IMG/VR virus record: IMGVR_UViG_3300012948_000010
Coordinates: 1 to 36,012 of that record
Origin: a virus
Taxonomy: Duplodnaviria > Caudoviricetes
Reading direction: 5' to 3' (one strand)
Length of the DNA: 36,012 nucleotides
In this document: positions 1-8,633 of the stretch, piece after piece
How positions within the stretch are numbered: the first letter of the stretch is position 1
Layout of the letters: each line of letters starts with the position of its first letter
Made by a program: the position numbers and the translations under genes
Notes under the pieces: generated by a model
What the model saw: only the letters and a program-made list of their open reading frames with translations
Told to the model about the DNA's origin: nothing
Databases searched by the model: none

Positions 1-1
1 C

Positions 2-1393
2 GTCAAGACCGGAGCAATTCCATTTGTCCAGTCCCGCATCGATCCGGTCATCGACTCCAACCCCAAAATCAAACAGTCCTTCGCCGCAGTCGATAACCGC
101 TTGCACAAGCAAACGCATTCCGGTGTGAAATTGCTCATCCGGGGAACGAACATCGAAACTGAATTGCAAGAAGTACCCGTCGATGTCGAAGTCTGGGACG
201 AACGAGACAGGATGGTGGAGGAAAATCTGGAGGATGCCCGCACCCGAATGGACGGCTCAGCGATCAAGAAGCTAACTCAACTCTCAACTCCGACCGTCCC
301 CGGTCACGGTGTGGATGCGGAGGATACGTGGCACGCTTCCGATCAGCATTTGTGGGAAGTACCCTGCCCCGGCTGTGGAAGATTTCAATTCCTGAATTTC
401 AAGGAAAACCTACGCATCGGCAGTAACGAATACGACTGTGTTTTGCAATGCTCCAATTGCTACCGCGCTTTCAAGGATGAGGAACGGGCAGCCCTCAACA
501 AGATCGGTCGTTGGCAGCCGATGAACCTGGACGGTCATCTCCGGGGTTATCACATCAATCAGTTTTCAAGCTCGACCAAGAAGCTCGAAGAGATGATGCG
601 AACGTGGTTCATCGGTCAGCGGGAAGCAAAGAAGCTCCGTTCCTTTTTCAATAATGTACTAGGAGAGCCGTATGTTGCAGCGGGGGATCAATTCACTCCG
701 GAACTTCTTGACAAATGCATTCGTCAAGGTCATATCCTGGGCGGTCTGCCGATTGGCCCTGTATACGTGGGAATTGATATTGGGGCTAAAATCCATGTCC
801 GAGCAGACTACCTCAACCGTTATGGTCAGCGCATGGCCTGGCAATTCAAAATCTTCAACGAGTGGAGCGAAGTTGACAACTTTCTTTCTCGCCTCACCAA
901 CTTCACCGCCGTATGTGATGCCCACCCCGAGAAACGTAATGCCCGCGATCTGGCCCTCAAGTACCACGGCCGATTCTGGCTCGGGTTTGAAATGGATCGG
1001 CCCAACACAAATGAATTGGCACAGTGGGCTGTTTTGAAAAGGCGTGAAGCCGGGAAGGTTGTCATCGACCGCTCGATGGCTCTCGACCAAGTGATCTATG
1101 ACTACATGCACGGAAATGTAATTCTGCCTCCCGAAGCCCGCGAGCTAGGTGAGTATTACCCACGGCTCCCATACAACGGCTTTTATCACCACATGCTGCA
1201 AATGGTCAGGGTGGAGGAGGAGACACCGCAGGGCGGCATGGTAGCCCGCTGGAAGCGCAACAAGAACCCGGATCACTGGCACCACGCGGATATGTTCGCT
1301 TACGTGGCCTCGCTCAAGGCTCCACGTTTGCAAGTCCCGGCAAGTCTCGGAGAAGCAATGCGGGAAGGAGGGAACGTCGTTGCCGCGTCCTAG
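2..1393 (+). CDS. Terminase large subunit, lambda GpA-like family (5' truncated)
   Basis: Frame is open from base 2 (VKTGAIPFVQSRIDPVIDSNP...). Walker B-like VEVWDERD, STPT coupling motif, CPGC/CSNC zinc motif, FFNNVLGEPY, nuclease GIDIG and NPDHWHHA. Confidence 0.9.
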   Translation, partial: VKTGAIPFVQSRIDPVIDSNPKIKQSFAAVDNRLHKQTHSGVKLLIRGTNIETELQEVPVDVEVWDERDRMVEENLEDARTRMDGSAIKKLTQLSTPTVPGHGVDAEDTWHASDQHLWEVPCPGCGRFQFLNFKENLRIGSNEYDCVLQCSNCYRAFKDEERAALNKIGRWQPMNLDGHLRGYHINQFSSSTKKLEEMMRTWFIGQREAKKLRSFFNNVLGEPYVAAGDQFTPELLDKCIRQGHILGGLPIGPVYVGIDIGAKIHVRADYLNRYGQRMAWQFKIFNEWSEVDNFLSRLTNFTAVCDAHPEKRNARDLALKYHGRFWLGFEMDRPNTNELAQWAVLKRREAGKVVIDRSMALDQVIYDYMHGNVILPPEARELGEYYPRLPYNGFYHHMLQMVRVEEETPQGGMVARWKRNKNPDHWHHADMFAYVASLKAPRLQVPASLGEAMREGGNVVAAS

Positions 1394-2012
1394 GGGAAAA
1401 TTCATGACCGAAGACGAGGAAAGACAGCAACTCGACAACCTAAAGGCTCGCAAACGTCATGGTATGCGAGCAGAGAAACGCCCAAGCGGCGGCATCAGGG
1501 TCAATTACAAAGAATCGACCAAGCACCGCATTGCAATGATTCTGCGGATTTCCGGCTACGAATACAGCCAGATTGCGCTCATTGTCAATGCAACTACCGA
1601 ATCAGTGAAGCATTGGTTCACGGCCAAGCAGTACGTTGAATTTCAAGAGGAGTACAACATCCTCAAGGCTTCGGTCACGAAGGCCGCAGCAAAGCTCCTT
1701 GAGGCGTACACAATCGAGGCAATTCAAGCCATTGCCCACGTCATGAGGACGACGTACTCGGATGAACTCGTGCTCAAGGCTGCCGCTGAAATTCTCGACC
1801 GTGCAGGAATGCCCAAAACGTCCCGGCAGGAGAAGAAGTCCGATCACGAGCATCATCATGAAATTACGGCCGGTGGAGAGAGTCTCCTGGAGAAATTGCG
1901 AGATGCCCCACCGGAAATTCAGGAGCAGGCTGCAAAGGGCATCGAGGAGATTGAAAAGCTCCTTGCCACCGCCCCGGTTCCGCAGCAGGAGAAGACCGAG
2001 GCGAAGGAATGA
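1380..2012 (+). CDS. Terminase small subunit-like HTH protein
   Basis: HTH-like segment GYEYSQIALIVNATTESVKHWF and KAAAEILDRAG motif; AAGGAGG upstream of TTG; lies between TerL and portal. Confidence 0.55.
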   Translation: MPRPRGKFMTEDEERQQLDNLKARKRHGMRAEKRPSGGIRVNYKESTKHRIAMILRISGYEYSQIALIVNATTESVKHWFTAKQYVEFQEEYNILKASVTKAAAKLLEAYTIEAIQAIAHVMRTTYSDELVLKAAAEILDRAGMPKTSRQEKKSDHEHHHEITAGGESLLEKLRDAPPEIQEQAAKGIEEIEKLLATAPVPQQEKTEAKE

Positions 2013-3538
2013 ATTTCAACTGGAATCCGCTCAAGGAAAGGGTCAGCGAACAGCTAGGCTCGTTTTCATTCCAGCTTGGTTCGGCATGGTCGGGTTTCCG
2101 CCGAACCTTCTGGGCCGCGTGGGAGTCCCGAGGAAAGGGATCGGTCAATTTCCAATTCGTCCGCGACCTCTACCGTAACGATGAGGAATCGGCTGCCCTC
2201 GGAGCGGGGTTCTGCAAGCCGATTATTGATCTCCCTGTTGAATTCATGGGACTCCCACGTTCGGCCAGTGGCGACGAGCTAGTAGATGAATTTCTTTCTA
2301 ACTGTTTTGCTCACTACTGGGCTCCGCAACTCCAGCAGATGTTCCGAAATGCAATGCGGGATTCGATCACCGTCGTTCGACTCAGACAACCGGGCGACAA
2401 TGCGCTCATGACCGAGACGGAACGAATTTCATGTTACCTGGAAGTCCTGATGCCGGAGACGGTTGATGTCTATTACAACCGGGACGATCAAACCGTGATC
2501 GACTTGGCCGTCATCCGACATGAAATTCTGGAGCTTCTGGAGGATCGCAACCTGGACACTCGCTTGGCTGGACAAACGTACCGGGCTCCGCAGACCGAGC
2601 TTCGGGTGATCTATGAGGAAATCTCCCCCGAGCGTTTCCGGTACTACGACGAGACACAGGGGGAATGGCGAACCGATCTTGAAATGCCTAATCCCTGGGG
2701 CTTCGTTCCTCTCATCGAGGTTTACAACGAGTGGGACTCGACCCTCTTGGCCGGAATTTCAGACCTGGAGGCGTCCTATCCATTCGTGCAGGCATTCCAC
2801 AACGTCCTGCAACAAGCTCTTGCCGCTCATAAATACCACTCCATCCCAAAGGCAAAATTCAAGATCAACGATGTCATGCAATTCATACTCAACAACTTTC
2901 CCGACTCGTTTGGCAAGGATCAGAACAACCGGCCGATCCCGGAGCAGTTTACGGGAACGATCAACTGGAAGGGAACTGAAATTCTCTTCCTGGAGGCAGA
3001 CGAGGATGCAGGCTTCATGGAGGCCAAGTCGGTACTGGGAGACTCCAATACCCTGCTGGGATTTCTCCTGGAATGCATTTGCATTGCCTCCGAGACTCCA
3101 CAGTGGGCATTCATGTTGTCACTGGGCGCAGGGCAGGGAGCCCAGACCGCTCAGACACTTCCCTTCACGAACAAAATCAAGCGCAAGCAAGTCATGTTCC
3201 AGGATACAATTCAAAAGCTAGCCAAGATGGTCTTGAAAATCTCAGGTCAGCAACCGATCTGCGTTCCTCTGGCCTGGCAGGAGATTACGGTCGAGGATGT
3301 TGTCAACAAGGCGGCTGCGCTCAATCAGACGGTCATGGCGCTGGAGGTTGCCGCACAGCGGCAGGTTATCTCCGACACGACCTACCGTGAGCATCTGCGA
3401 GCCATGATTCCGCAAATGAAATCTCCATCCGAGGAAGCTGCGCAGGCCAAGAGCAACGTGCAACTGGCAGCACCGGCAACAGGCAACCCGAATTCAACTT
3501 CCTCCAAGAACGGAGCCGGGAATGCACCGGCCGGGTAG
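2009..3538 (+). CDS. Portal protein (SPP1 gp6-like)
   Basis: 509 aa after the terminase genes; PNPWGFVPLIEVYN and GISDLE motifs; ATGA overlap. Confidence 0.88.
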   Translation: MNFNWNPLKERVSEQLGSFSFQLGSAWSGFRRTFWAAWESRGKGSVNFQFVRDLYRNDEESAALGAGFCKPIIDLPVEFMGLPRSASGDELVDEFLSNCFAHYWAPQLQQMFRNAMRDSITVVRLRQPGDNALMTETERISCYLEVLMPETVDVYYNRDDQTVIDLAVIRHEILELLEDRNLDTRLAGQTYRAPQTELRVIYEEISPERFRYYDETQGEWRTDLEMPNPWGFVPLIEVYNEWDSTLLAGISDLEASYPFVQAFHNVLQQALAAHKYHSIPKAKFKINDVMQFILNNFPDSFGKDQNNRPIPEQFTGTINWKGTEILFLEADEDAGFMEAKSVLGDSNTLLGFLLECICIASETPQWAFMLSLGAGQGAQTAQTLPFTNKIKRKQVMFQDTIQKLAKMVLKISGQQPICVPLAWQEITVEDVVNKAAALNQTVMALEVAAQRQVISDTTYREHLRAMIPQMKSPSEEAAQAKSNVQLAAPATGNPNSTSSKNGAGNAPAG

Positions 3539-3701
3539 AAAGGGCGTCGGCCGTGTCAAGCGGGGAAGACCACGGAAAATCCGAATGAAGAAGTCTTTTT
3601 CAAGGCGCGTGCTCGGTCGTGGAAAAAAGGGAATTGCAACTCCGAGACAAAAAGCGGCGACGGTTGGACGTAACAGGGTACGCCGGTCGAGGAGGAGGTA
3701 A
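3522..3701 (+). CDS. 59-aa Arg/Lys-rich peptide with AT-hook motif (not in ORF track)
   Basis: Hand translation MHRPGRKGVGRVKRGRPRKIRMKKSFSRRVLGRGKKGIATPRQKAATVGRNRVRRSRRR; GGAG upstream; TAATG coupling to next gene; 26 K/R, no D/E. Confidence 0.7.
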   Translation: MHRPGRKGVGRVKRGRPRKIRMKKSFSRRVLGRGKKGIATPRQKAATVGRNRVRRSRRR

Positions 3702-3907
3702 TGGCTAGACGCAAAAAGAAATTCATAAAGAAGGCCATCAAGCGACCGGGAGCATTCCGGGCGAAGGCAAAGCGGGCAGGAATGTCAACGAATGCCTATG
3801 CACGGAAGGTAACGCGAAAGGGAAGCAAAGCAAGTGCCCGGACGAAAAGACAGGCCAACCTTGCGTTGACACTTGGGAAAATGCGAAGGAAACGAAGGAG
3901 GCGATGA
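3701..3907 (+). CDS. 68-aa protamine-like basic protein
   Basis: 29 K/R, no D/E; GAGGAGG upstream; TAATG and ATGA overlaps on either side. Confidence 0.8.
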   Translation: MARRKKKFIKKAIKRPGAFRAKAKRAGMSTNAYARKVTRKGSKASARTKRQANLALTLGKMRRKRRRR

Positions 3908-4059
3908 ATTTGGCGTCGAAAGGACTTCGGAGTGCTCCCAGTCGCATAATCAACCTGCGGCGCAACGTCTACATCTCCCCGGCCCGCGTCATGAGCGGCG
4001 TCAAGAAGTATTCGCCCTTCTCCCAGCGGGCCAACCGAGTCCAGTGGAGGAGGTTCTAA
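3904..4059 (+). CDS. 51-aa basic peptide (not in ORF track)
   Basis: MNLASKGLRSAPSRIINLRRNVYISPARVMSGVKKYSPFSQRANRVQWRRF; AAGGAGG upstream; ATGA overlap; no acidic residues. Confidence 0.7.
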   Translation: MNLASKGLRSAPSRIINLRRNVYISPARVMSGVKKYSPFSQRANRVQWRRF

Positions 4060-4179
4060 ATGAAAAGGCTGTTGAATCGAGCCTACGCCATCACTAAAGT
4101 CAAGTTGACCAAGCCGCTTGACGGGAAGAATCACAACGTCGGCTACGTCGGCGGGATTCCAAAGAAGGGAGGGAAATAG
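4060..4179 (+). CDS. 39-aa basic peptide (not in ORF track)
   Basis: MKRLLNRAYAITKVKLTKPLDGKNHNVGYVGGIPKKGGK; GGAGGAGG RBS; abuts neighbours as TAA-ATG and TAG-ATG. Confidence 0.65.
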   Translation: MKRLLNRAYAITKVKLTKPLDGKNHNVGYVGGIPKKGGK

Positions 4180-4560
4180 ATGACCCGAATCATCTCCGGT
4201 GGAGGAGCGGCCGGAAGCAAGATCGTAGGACGCCCCGGCGGCTATGCAGGATTGAAAAAGACTGGCCTTCTGACGAGGGCAAACAAGATCAAGCATGTGA
4301 CTCCCCAGAGAGTCCGCAGGCTGTACGCTCGTAGCCCGTCGAACCGGACTGCAATCATCGGAACGAGCAAGGACGTTCTGATGGATTCCAACTTGAAATG
4401 GAACCTGGCTTCTGTCCGGATGCGGGATTCCAACCAATTCACTCCGTTCGGCAAGCGCAAGCTCAAGGTTGCCCCTGGCACGGCCGATCAGGGAAACAAC
4501 GCAAGGGAGCGCCGTCAGCCGAACAAGAACTACACGAACCTCAAGATCGTCAAATACTAA
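4180..4560 (+). CDS. 126-aa basic protein
   Basis: K/R-rich; GGGAGGG RBS; TAATG coupling to the protease gene. Confidence 0.75.
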   Translation: MTRIISGGGAAGSKIVGRPGGYAGLKKTGLLTRANKIKHVTPQRVRRLYARSPSNRTAIIGTSKDVLMDSNLKWNLASVRMRDSNQFTPFGKRKLKVAPGTADQGNNARERRQPNKNYTNLKIVKY

Positions 4561-5729
4561 TGCAAACACAATCCCTCGATGAGCGTTTTCAAGTTGCAGA
4601 GATAGGAGCCATCGATACTGCCACCGACGTTCCTGTTCCGCAGGAGCGAATTGACAGGATCAAGGCTCAGGACGAAGATGCTCTCTTCGTAACTGTTGAA
4701 ATCGAGGAAGGGCTTTCCAAATCCAACCGGCTCTGGACTGCCGAGTCGCTGCACTCCATAGCTCGGCAGGTAAACGAGAAGCTGCCGGTTGGCTACAGGG
4801 GTCACATCAAGGAGCAGGACGATCCATTTGCATTTCCCGACCCGCAGACTGCCTGGCTCGGGGCTCGGACGATCAACCGTGACGGCAAGATCGTTTGCCG
4901 GGTCAAGGGCTACGTTCTCAATCAGGAAATGAAAAGGCTTCTCAAGCTGGGTGCCGTGGACGGCGTTTCCGTTCGCGGTGATGCCGTCCTGTCACCAAGG
5001 AGAGGAGGCACGGTTGAAATAAAGGACTTCGATCTTGAAAGCATCGACTGGGCGAGGAAGGGTCGCTCGGGGATGAAAAACAAGATCGTCTCTGTCACGA
5101 CTGAAATGTTGGAAGGAGGAAACCAAGTGGAGGACAAGGACATTGCTGCCTTGACCGAAGACGAGCTTCGCAAGCATAACCGCTTGCTCGTTCAGGACAT
5201 TGAAAACAAGGCGAAGCAGCCCTTGGAAGAGAAAATCGCGGAACAGACGACGAAGCTGGAAAAGGCAGAGCCCGAGCACAGCCTTCTGAATTCAATTCGG
5301 GAAAAGCTGGGGCTCGATGAGAACGGCGATATCCTTGAAAACCTCGGAAGCATTCTCGACAAGGTTGAGGGTGCCGTCAAGACCGAGGTTCGCAATTTCA
5401 TCAGTGATGTCGTCGGCAAGAAGGTCAAGACCGAGCAGGGCAAGAAGCTCGTTCTGCGCATGGTCGGCGAAATGGAAGTCAAGCCGGAAGTCAACAAGGA
5501 CGGCACCCTCTCGGACAAGACGAAGACTGAAATCGAAACCAAGCTCAACGACCAGTTTGAAAACGACGAGGATGTCAAGGCCATCGTCTCCGAGCAGGTT
5601 CCGCTCAAGGACGGCCCAGGTGGAGGTTCCAGTCTCGGCGGGAAGCGGCCTACTCATCGGTACGACCGTGGCGAGTCCACGGAAAATGAAAACATCAAGA
5701 TCAGCGAAACGTCGTTCGGAGGGAGTTAG
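4560..5729 (+). CDS. Prohead maturation protease fused to scaffold domain
   Basis: Start reassigned to ATG 4560 (TAATG overlap). N-half has SNRLWT, GHI, GVSVRG, LESIDW motifs typical of prohead proteases; C-half is charged and helical. Confidence 0.78.
   Translation: MQTQSLDERFQVAEIGAIDTATDVPVPQERIDRIKAQDEDALFVTVEIEEGLSKSNRLWTAESLHSIARQVNEKLPVGYRGHIKEQDDPFAFPDPQTAWLGARTINRDGKIVCRVKGYVLNQEMKRLLKLGAVDGVSVRGDAVLSPRRGGTVEIKDFDLESIDWARKGRSGMKNKIVSVTTEMLEGGNQVEDKDIAALTEDELRKHNRLLVQDIENKAKQPLEEKIAEQTTKLEKAEPEHSLLNSIREKLGLDENGDILENLGSILDKVEGAVKTEVRNFISDVVGKKVKTEQGKKLVLRMVGEMEVKPEVNKDGTLSDKTKTEIETKLNDQFENDEDVKAIVSEQVPLKDGPGGGSSLGGKRPTHRYDRGESTENENIKISETSFGGS
5113..5129 (+). promoter_or_regulatory. 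Internal RBS and in-frame GTG start for a separate scaffold protein
   Basis: AAGGAGG-aaaccaa-GTG (5127), in frame, at the protease/scaffold boundary. Confidence 0.55.
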
Positions 5730-5731
5730 AT

Positions 5732-6133
5732 ATGTCCGTACCGAGTGACAAGCTCTGGCCCAGTCGAACCCTGGAGGATCAGGACATGACGACGATTCCT
5801 GTCGTGGCAGGGCCTCCTCCGTTTTCAAGTCCCGACCCGACGACCGACTCCCGGACGATGTTTGACTTGACCGAAGGGTCGAACGGCGGGCCGTCTCAGG
5901 AGCCGCAAATCACCGAGGACATGACCGAGGAGGAGAAGGCAGCGGCAATTCAAGAGGCGGCAGGGGTAGCTCCTGCGGAGCCGGTGGCAAGCGAGGAGCA
6001 GTTGCAGTCCATGACCAAGGCCGAATTGGTCGAGCGAGCAGAAGGACTCGGCCTCGACACGTCGGGCCTGAACAAGTCCGAGCTAGTCGCTGAAATTCAG
6101 GAAGCCGAACTAGCGCAAACCCAGGCCGAGTAA
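5732..6133 (+). CDS. Acidic protein with C-terminal Rho-N/HeH-like domain
   Basis: C-terminus LQSMTKAELVERAEGLGLDTSGLNKSELVAEI; GGAGGGAG upstream. Confidence 0.65.
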   Translation: MSVPSDKLWPSRTLEDQDMTTIPVVAGPPPFSSPDPTTDSRTMFDLTEGSNGGPSQEPQITEDMTEEEKAAAIQEAAGVAPAEPVASEEQLQSMTKAELVERAEGLGLDTSGLNKSELVAEIQEAELAQTQAE

Positions 6134-6151
6134 TCGAAGGGAGGTTTTCAA

Positions 6152-6532
6152 ATGGGCCGAAAGGCATCTGACGGTCAAGCAGTAGATGTCCAGGCTCCAG
6201 GCGCGACCCAGATCGATTTTGGCGAATGCTACCGGATCGACGGCTTTACCGGAATTGCATTGTCACAGATCGGGGCTTCGGACACAGATCGGGGACTTGC
6301 ATTGGAAGTCTCGTCCTCGATTTGGTGGATCAAGGTTCCTGCGGCGGTCGGTACGACGCGAGGAGCCTTCCTGTATTGGTCTTCCGGTACAGGTTTCAAG
6401 GTCGGTGGGACGGCCTTGCAGAACACGGCAGGAACCGCAGGCGATCAGCCCATTGGGAAGGTCGAGACGGTTCGCAATTCAAACGGCTATGCCGCCGTCA
6501 AGATGTTCGACGGCGACGGTGCCAACGCTTAG
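6152..6532 (+). CDS. Capsid decoration/cement protein (DUF2190-like)
   Basis: 126 aa, Gly-rich beta pattern, directly upstream of the MCP; GGGAGG RBS. Confidence 0.7.
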   Translation: MGRKASDGQAVDVQAPGATQIDFGECYRIDGFTGIALSQIGASDTDRGLALEVSSSIWWIKVPAAVGTTRGAFLYWSSGTGFKVGGTALQNTAGTAGDQPIGKVETVRNSNGYAAVKMFDGDGANA

Positions 6533-6550
6533 AAAGGAGGGTTGAAAACC

Positions 6551-7552
6551 GTGCGAAACATCAACGAATACACGAGGCTCATGTCGCATCGGCTTCTCCT
6601 TTCCGAGCGGCAGCGCGATCCGGAATTCAAGATCAGGACAGCAGAACTCAAGAAGCCCGTAGGCGAGATGATTACGACGGCTCAGGGGCTCATGGACTTG
6701 GTGGAGAAGGTTCGTGTCGATGTGGAATTCGGCCAGGCCGAAGTCCCGACGCTGTATGAGCCCATCTACCGGCGCATCGCTCCCGCTGGGGGATTCCCCG
6801 GCCGTGCCGTCGATCTGGGCTTCAACACCCTACAGGCAAATGTCGTCTTCCTTGAAAAGTTTGAGGCAGGCGAAATTCAATTCGGTACGCTCGCCAAGGG
6901 TGTCCCGGCGGTCGCTCGACTCAAGACGTGGGCGGCAGGTTTCGAGTGGACGGAAGACATGGAAGAGTGGGATTCCACTTGGGAGCTTACTCTTGTAAAC
7001 AACGCCTTTGGCCGCGCTTACAACATGCTCTTGAATTACCTCCATCTCGGGCCGATCACGACCTACACGTACACCGCTCCTAATCAGACCGCCGCAGACG
7101 CGACGGCCGGTGCGTCACTGGCCGAGAAAACGCTGAGGACTTTTCAGACAGCGTATCGTCACGCGGTCAATGCAACGCCACAGCGAACGTGGAGCATTCT
7201 GCTCGCAACCGAGGGTGATCGTTTTCAAGTCGAGGAAGCTCTGCTCCAACCCGTGCTCGATACACAGGGCAACCAGCTTCCGCAGGTTCCGGTGGATACG
7301 ATCATCTACTACGACGGCGGCACGATTGATCTTGGCACGAACGCGGTCACGTATGCCGGTGTTACCAGCAAGAAGGTCTACGGGATTTTCCCGCAGCAGA
7401 AACTTCTTGAATTGGTGCATCATCCGCTGCGCATCGACTCCGACCGGCCGACCGACATCTCTCGACTCATCGAGGCACAGATTGTCGGCCGCACCCGGCG
7501 AGGTGTCTATGCCGACATTGCAAACTCCGTCGAGGAAATTACGCTTCCGTAG
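6551..7552 (+). CDS. Major capsid protein
   Basis: ~333 aa after protease and decoration genes. GTG 6551 fits the AAAGGAGG RBS spacing better than TTG 6542. Confidence 0.85.
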   Translation: MRNINEYTRLMSHRLLLSERQRDPEFKIRTAELKKPVGEMITTAQGLMDLVEKVRVDVEFGQAEVPTLYEPIYRRIAPAGGFPGRAVDLGFNTLQANVVFLEKFEAGEIQFGTLAKGVPAVARLKTWAAGFEWTEDMEEWDSTWELTLVNNAFGRAYNMLLNYLHLGPITTYTYTAPNQTAADATAGASLAEKTLRTFQTAYRHAVNATPQRTWSILLATEGDRFQVEEALLQPVLDTQGNQLPQVPVDTIIYYDGGTIDLGTNAVTYAGVTSKKVYGIFPQQKLLELVHHPLRIDSDRPTDISRLIEAQIVGRTRRGVYADIANSVEEITLP

Positions 7553-7577
7553 CCTCTCTGGGCGGGAAGGAGACGGA

Positions 7578-7871
7578 ATGCGGTTGTTCAAACATAGGCA
7601 GGGAGAACAGGAGCCTCAGCCCTCCGAGCCACAGGGAGGCGTTGAGGCTCCTGTCACTATGGATGTCGGCATGGAGATGTCCGCGACTCCGAACAAGAAT
7701 GTGAAAGTTGAAAAAACAATCAAGGTCAGGGCAAGCATGGGAATGGTTGTCCGGAGAATTCAACCTGACGGCACGTACAAGGAAGAGGACATGGGGACTC
7801 AGGTGGAAGAGATAGTTGAAATCCCTGAGTCGGAAGCGAGGAAACTCGGACTAATTCGGGAGGAGGAATAA
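7578..7871 (+). CDS. Hypothetical virion-associated protein (97 aa)
   Basis: AAGGAG RBS before ATG 7578; TAATG coupling downstream. Confidence 0.65.
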   Translation: MRLFKHRQGEQEPQPSEPQGGVEAPVTMDVGMEMSATPNKNVKVEKTIKVRASMGMVVRRIQPDGTYKEEDMGTQVEEIVEIPESEARKLGLIREEE

Positions 7872-8257
7872 TGGCATCAAATGGCGTGGCTGGCCTGACT
7901 TCAACAGCACCATGCCTAGCCGGTGACGGCGACGTGAACCTTCTTGAAAAGCATGTTGCACTCAGCTTCAAGACTCAGCGGAGCGTAATTGAAAAGGCTT
8001 CGATCCCAGTCGATGAAGATGGACAGCCTACGGTCGATCTGACCAGCGTTGAAGCTGTGGAGGGCTTGGAGGACGCTGAGGACAGCTACTACCTCGGTAC
8101 TCGCTTCGGCGTCGGCGAAATCGGCGTTTTTCATAACTTCGACTGCGTTGCCAACTACTTCGATGAGAAGCGGGATGATGAATTGAAAATCACGTTCCGA
8201 CGTGAAGATGAGGAAAAGGACATCTACGGCAATGCGGCTGTGAGGGGTGAGATGTAA
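7871..8257 (+). CDS. Hypothetical acidic protein
   Basis: GGAGGAGG RBS; TAATG overlaps at both ends. Confidence 0.65.
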   Translation: MASNGVAGLTSTAPCLAGDGDVNLLEKHVALSFKTQRSVIEKASIPVDEDGQPTVDLTSVEAVEGLEDAEDSYYLGTRFGVGEIGVFHNFDCVANYFDEKRDDELKITFRREDEEKDIYGNAAVRGEM

Positions 8258-8628
8258 TGTGCGCAGTCGTACTCACAAATGCTGGCGAGGAGTACGTCGT
8301 TGACAAGCTCACCGAGACTGTCCAGACGACCTTGCAATACATCGGCTGGGGAACGGGAGCCGGAACGGCTGCCAAGGCCGACACAACGCTTTTCACCGAA
8401 GCTGCCGAGGCCCGTGTTGCCGGGACAGTGACGAAGACGGGCTCGACTTCCACGGCGAAATTTCAAACCGTGGGAACGATGACATCTCTGTCGGCGCAGA
8501 CAATTACAAATGCAGGGCTCTTCACCGTCTCGTCGGCGGGAACGGTGTACGTCAAGGGCGACCATTCCGGCGTTGCTCTTGCCATCAACGATCAGATTAC
8601 GTATACGTTCACCCTCGATCCAGCATAA
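8257..8628 (+). CDS. Virion structural protein (tail-collar/fibre-anchor-like)
   Basis: VLTNAG...YIGWGTG...DTTLFTE...ITNAGLF pattern resembles DUF3751-like collar proteins. Confidence 0.6.
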   Translation: MCAVVLTNAGEEYVVDKLTETVQTTLQYIGWGTGAGTAAKADTTLFTEAAEARVAGTVTKTGSTSTAKFQTVGTMTSLSAQTITNAGLFTVSSAGTVYVKGDHSGVALAINDQITYTFTLDPA

Positions 8629-8633
8629 TTCAA

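Noticed and set aside
4398-4559. ORF-track 5' extensions (also 7170, 32051, 33207, 35229 starts)
   Set aside because: They overlap upstream genes or regulatory hairpins; downstream starts have RBS or coupling support.
3904-4560. Stop-codon readthrough or recoding fusing three in-frame ORFs (TAA-ATG, TAG-ATG)
   Set aside because: Each downstream ATG has its own RBS, and TAA, TAG and TGA all act as normal stops elsewhere in the window.
3796-4569. 257-aa minus-strand ORF and 3873-4097 (+) over the basic-peptide cluster
   Set aside because: The small + strand ORFs tile the region with RBSs and coupled stops/starts; these look like shadow frames.
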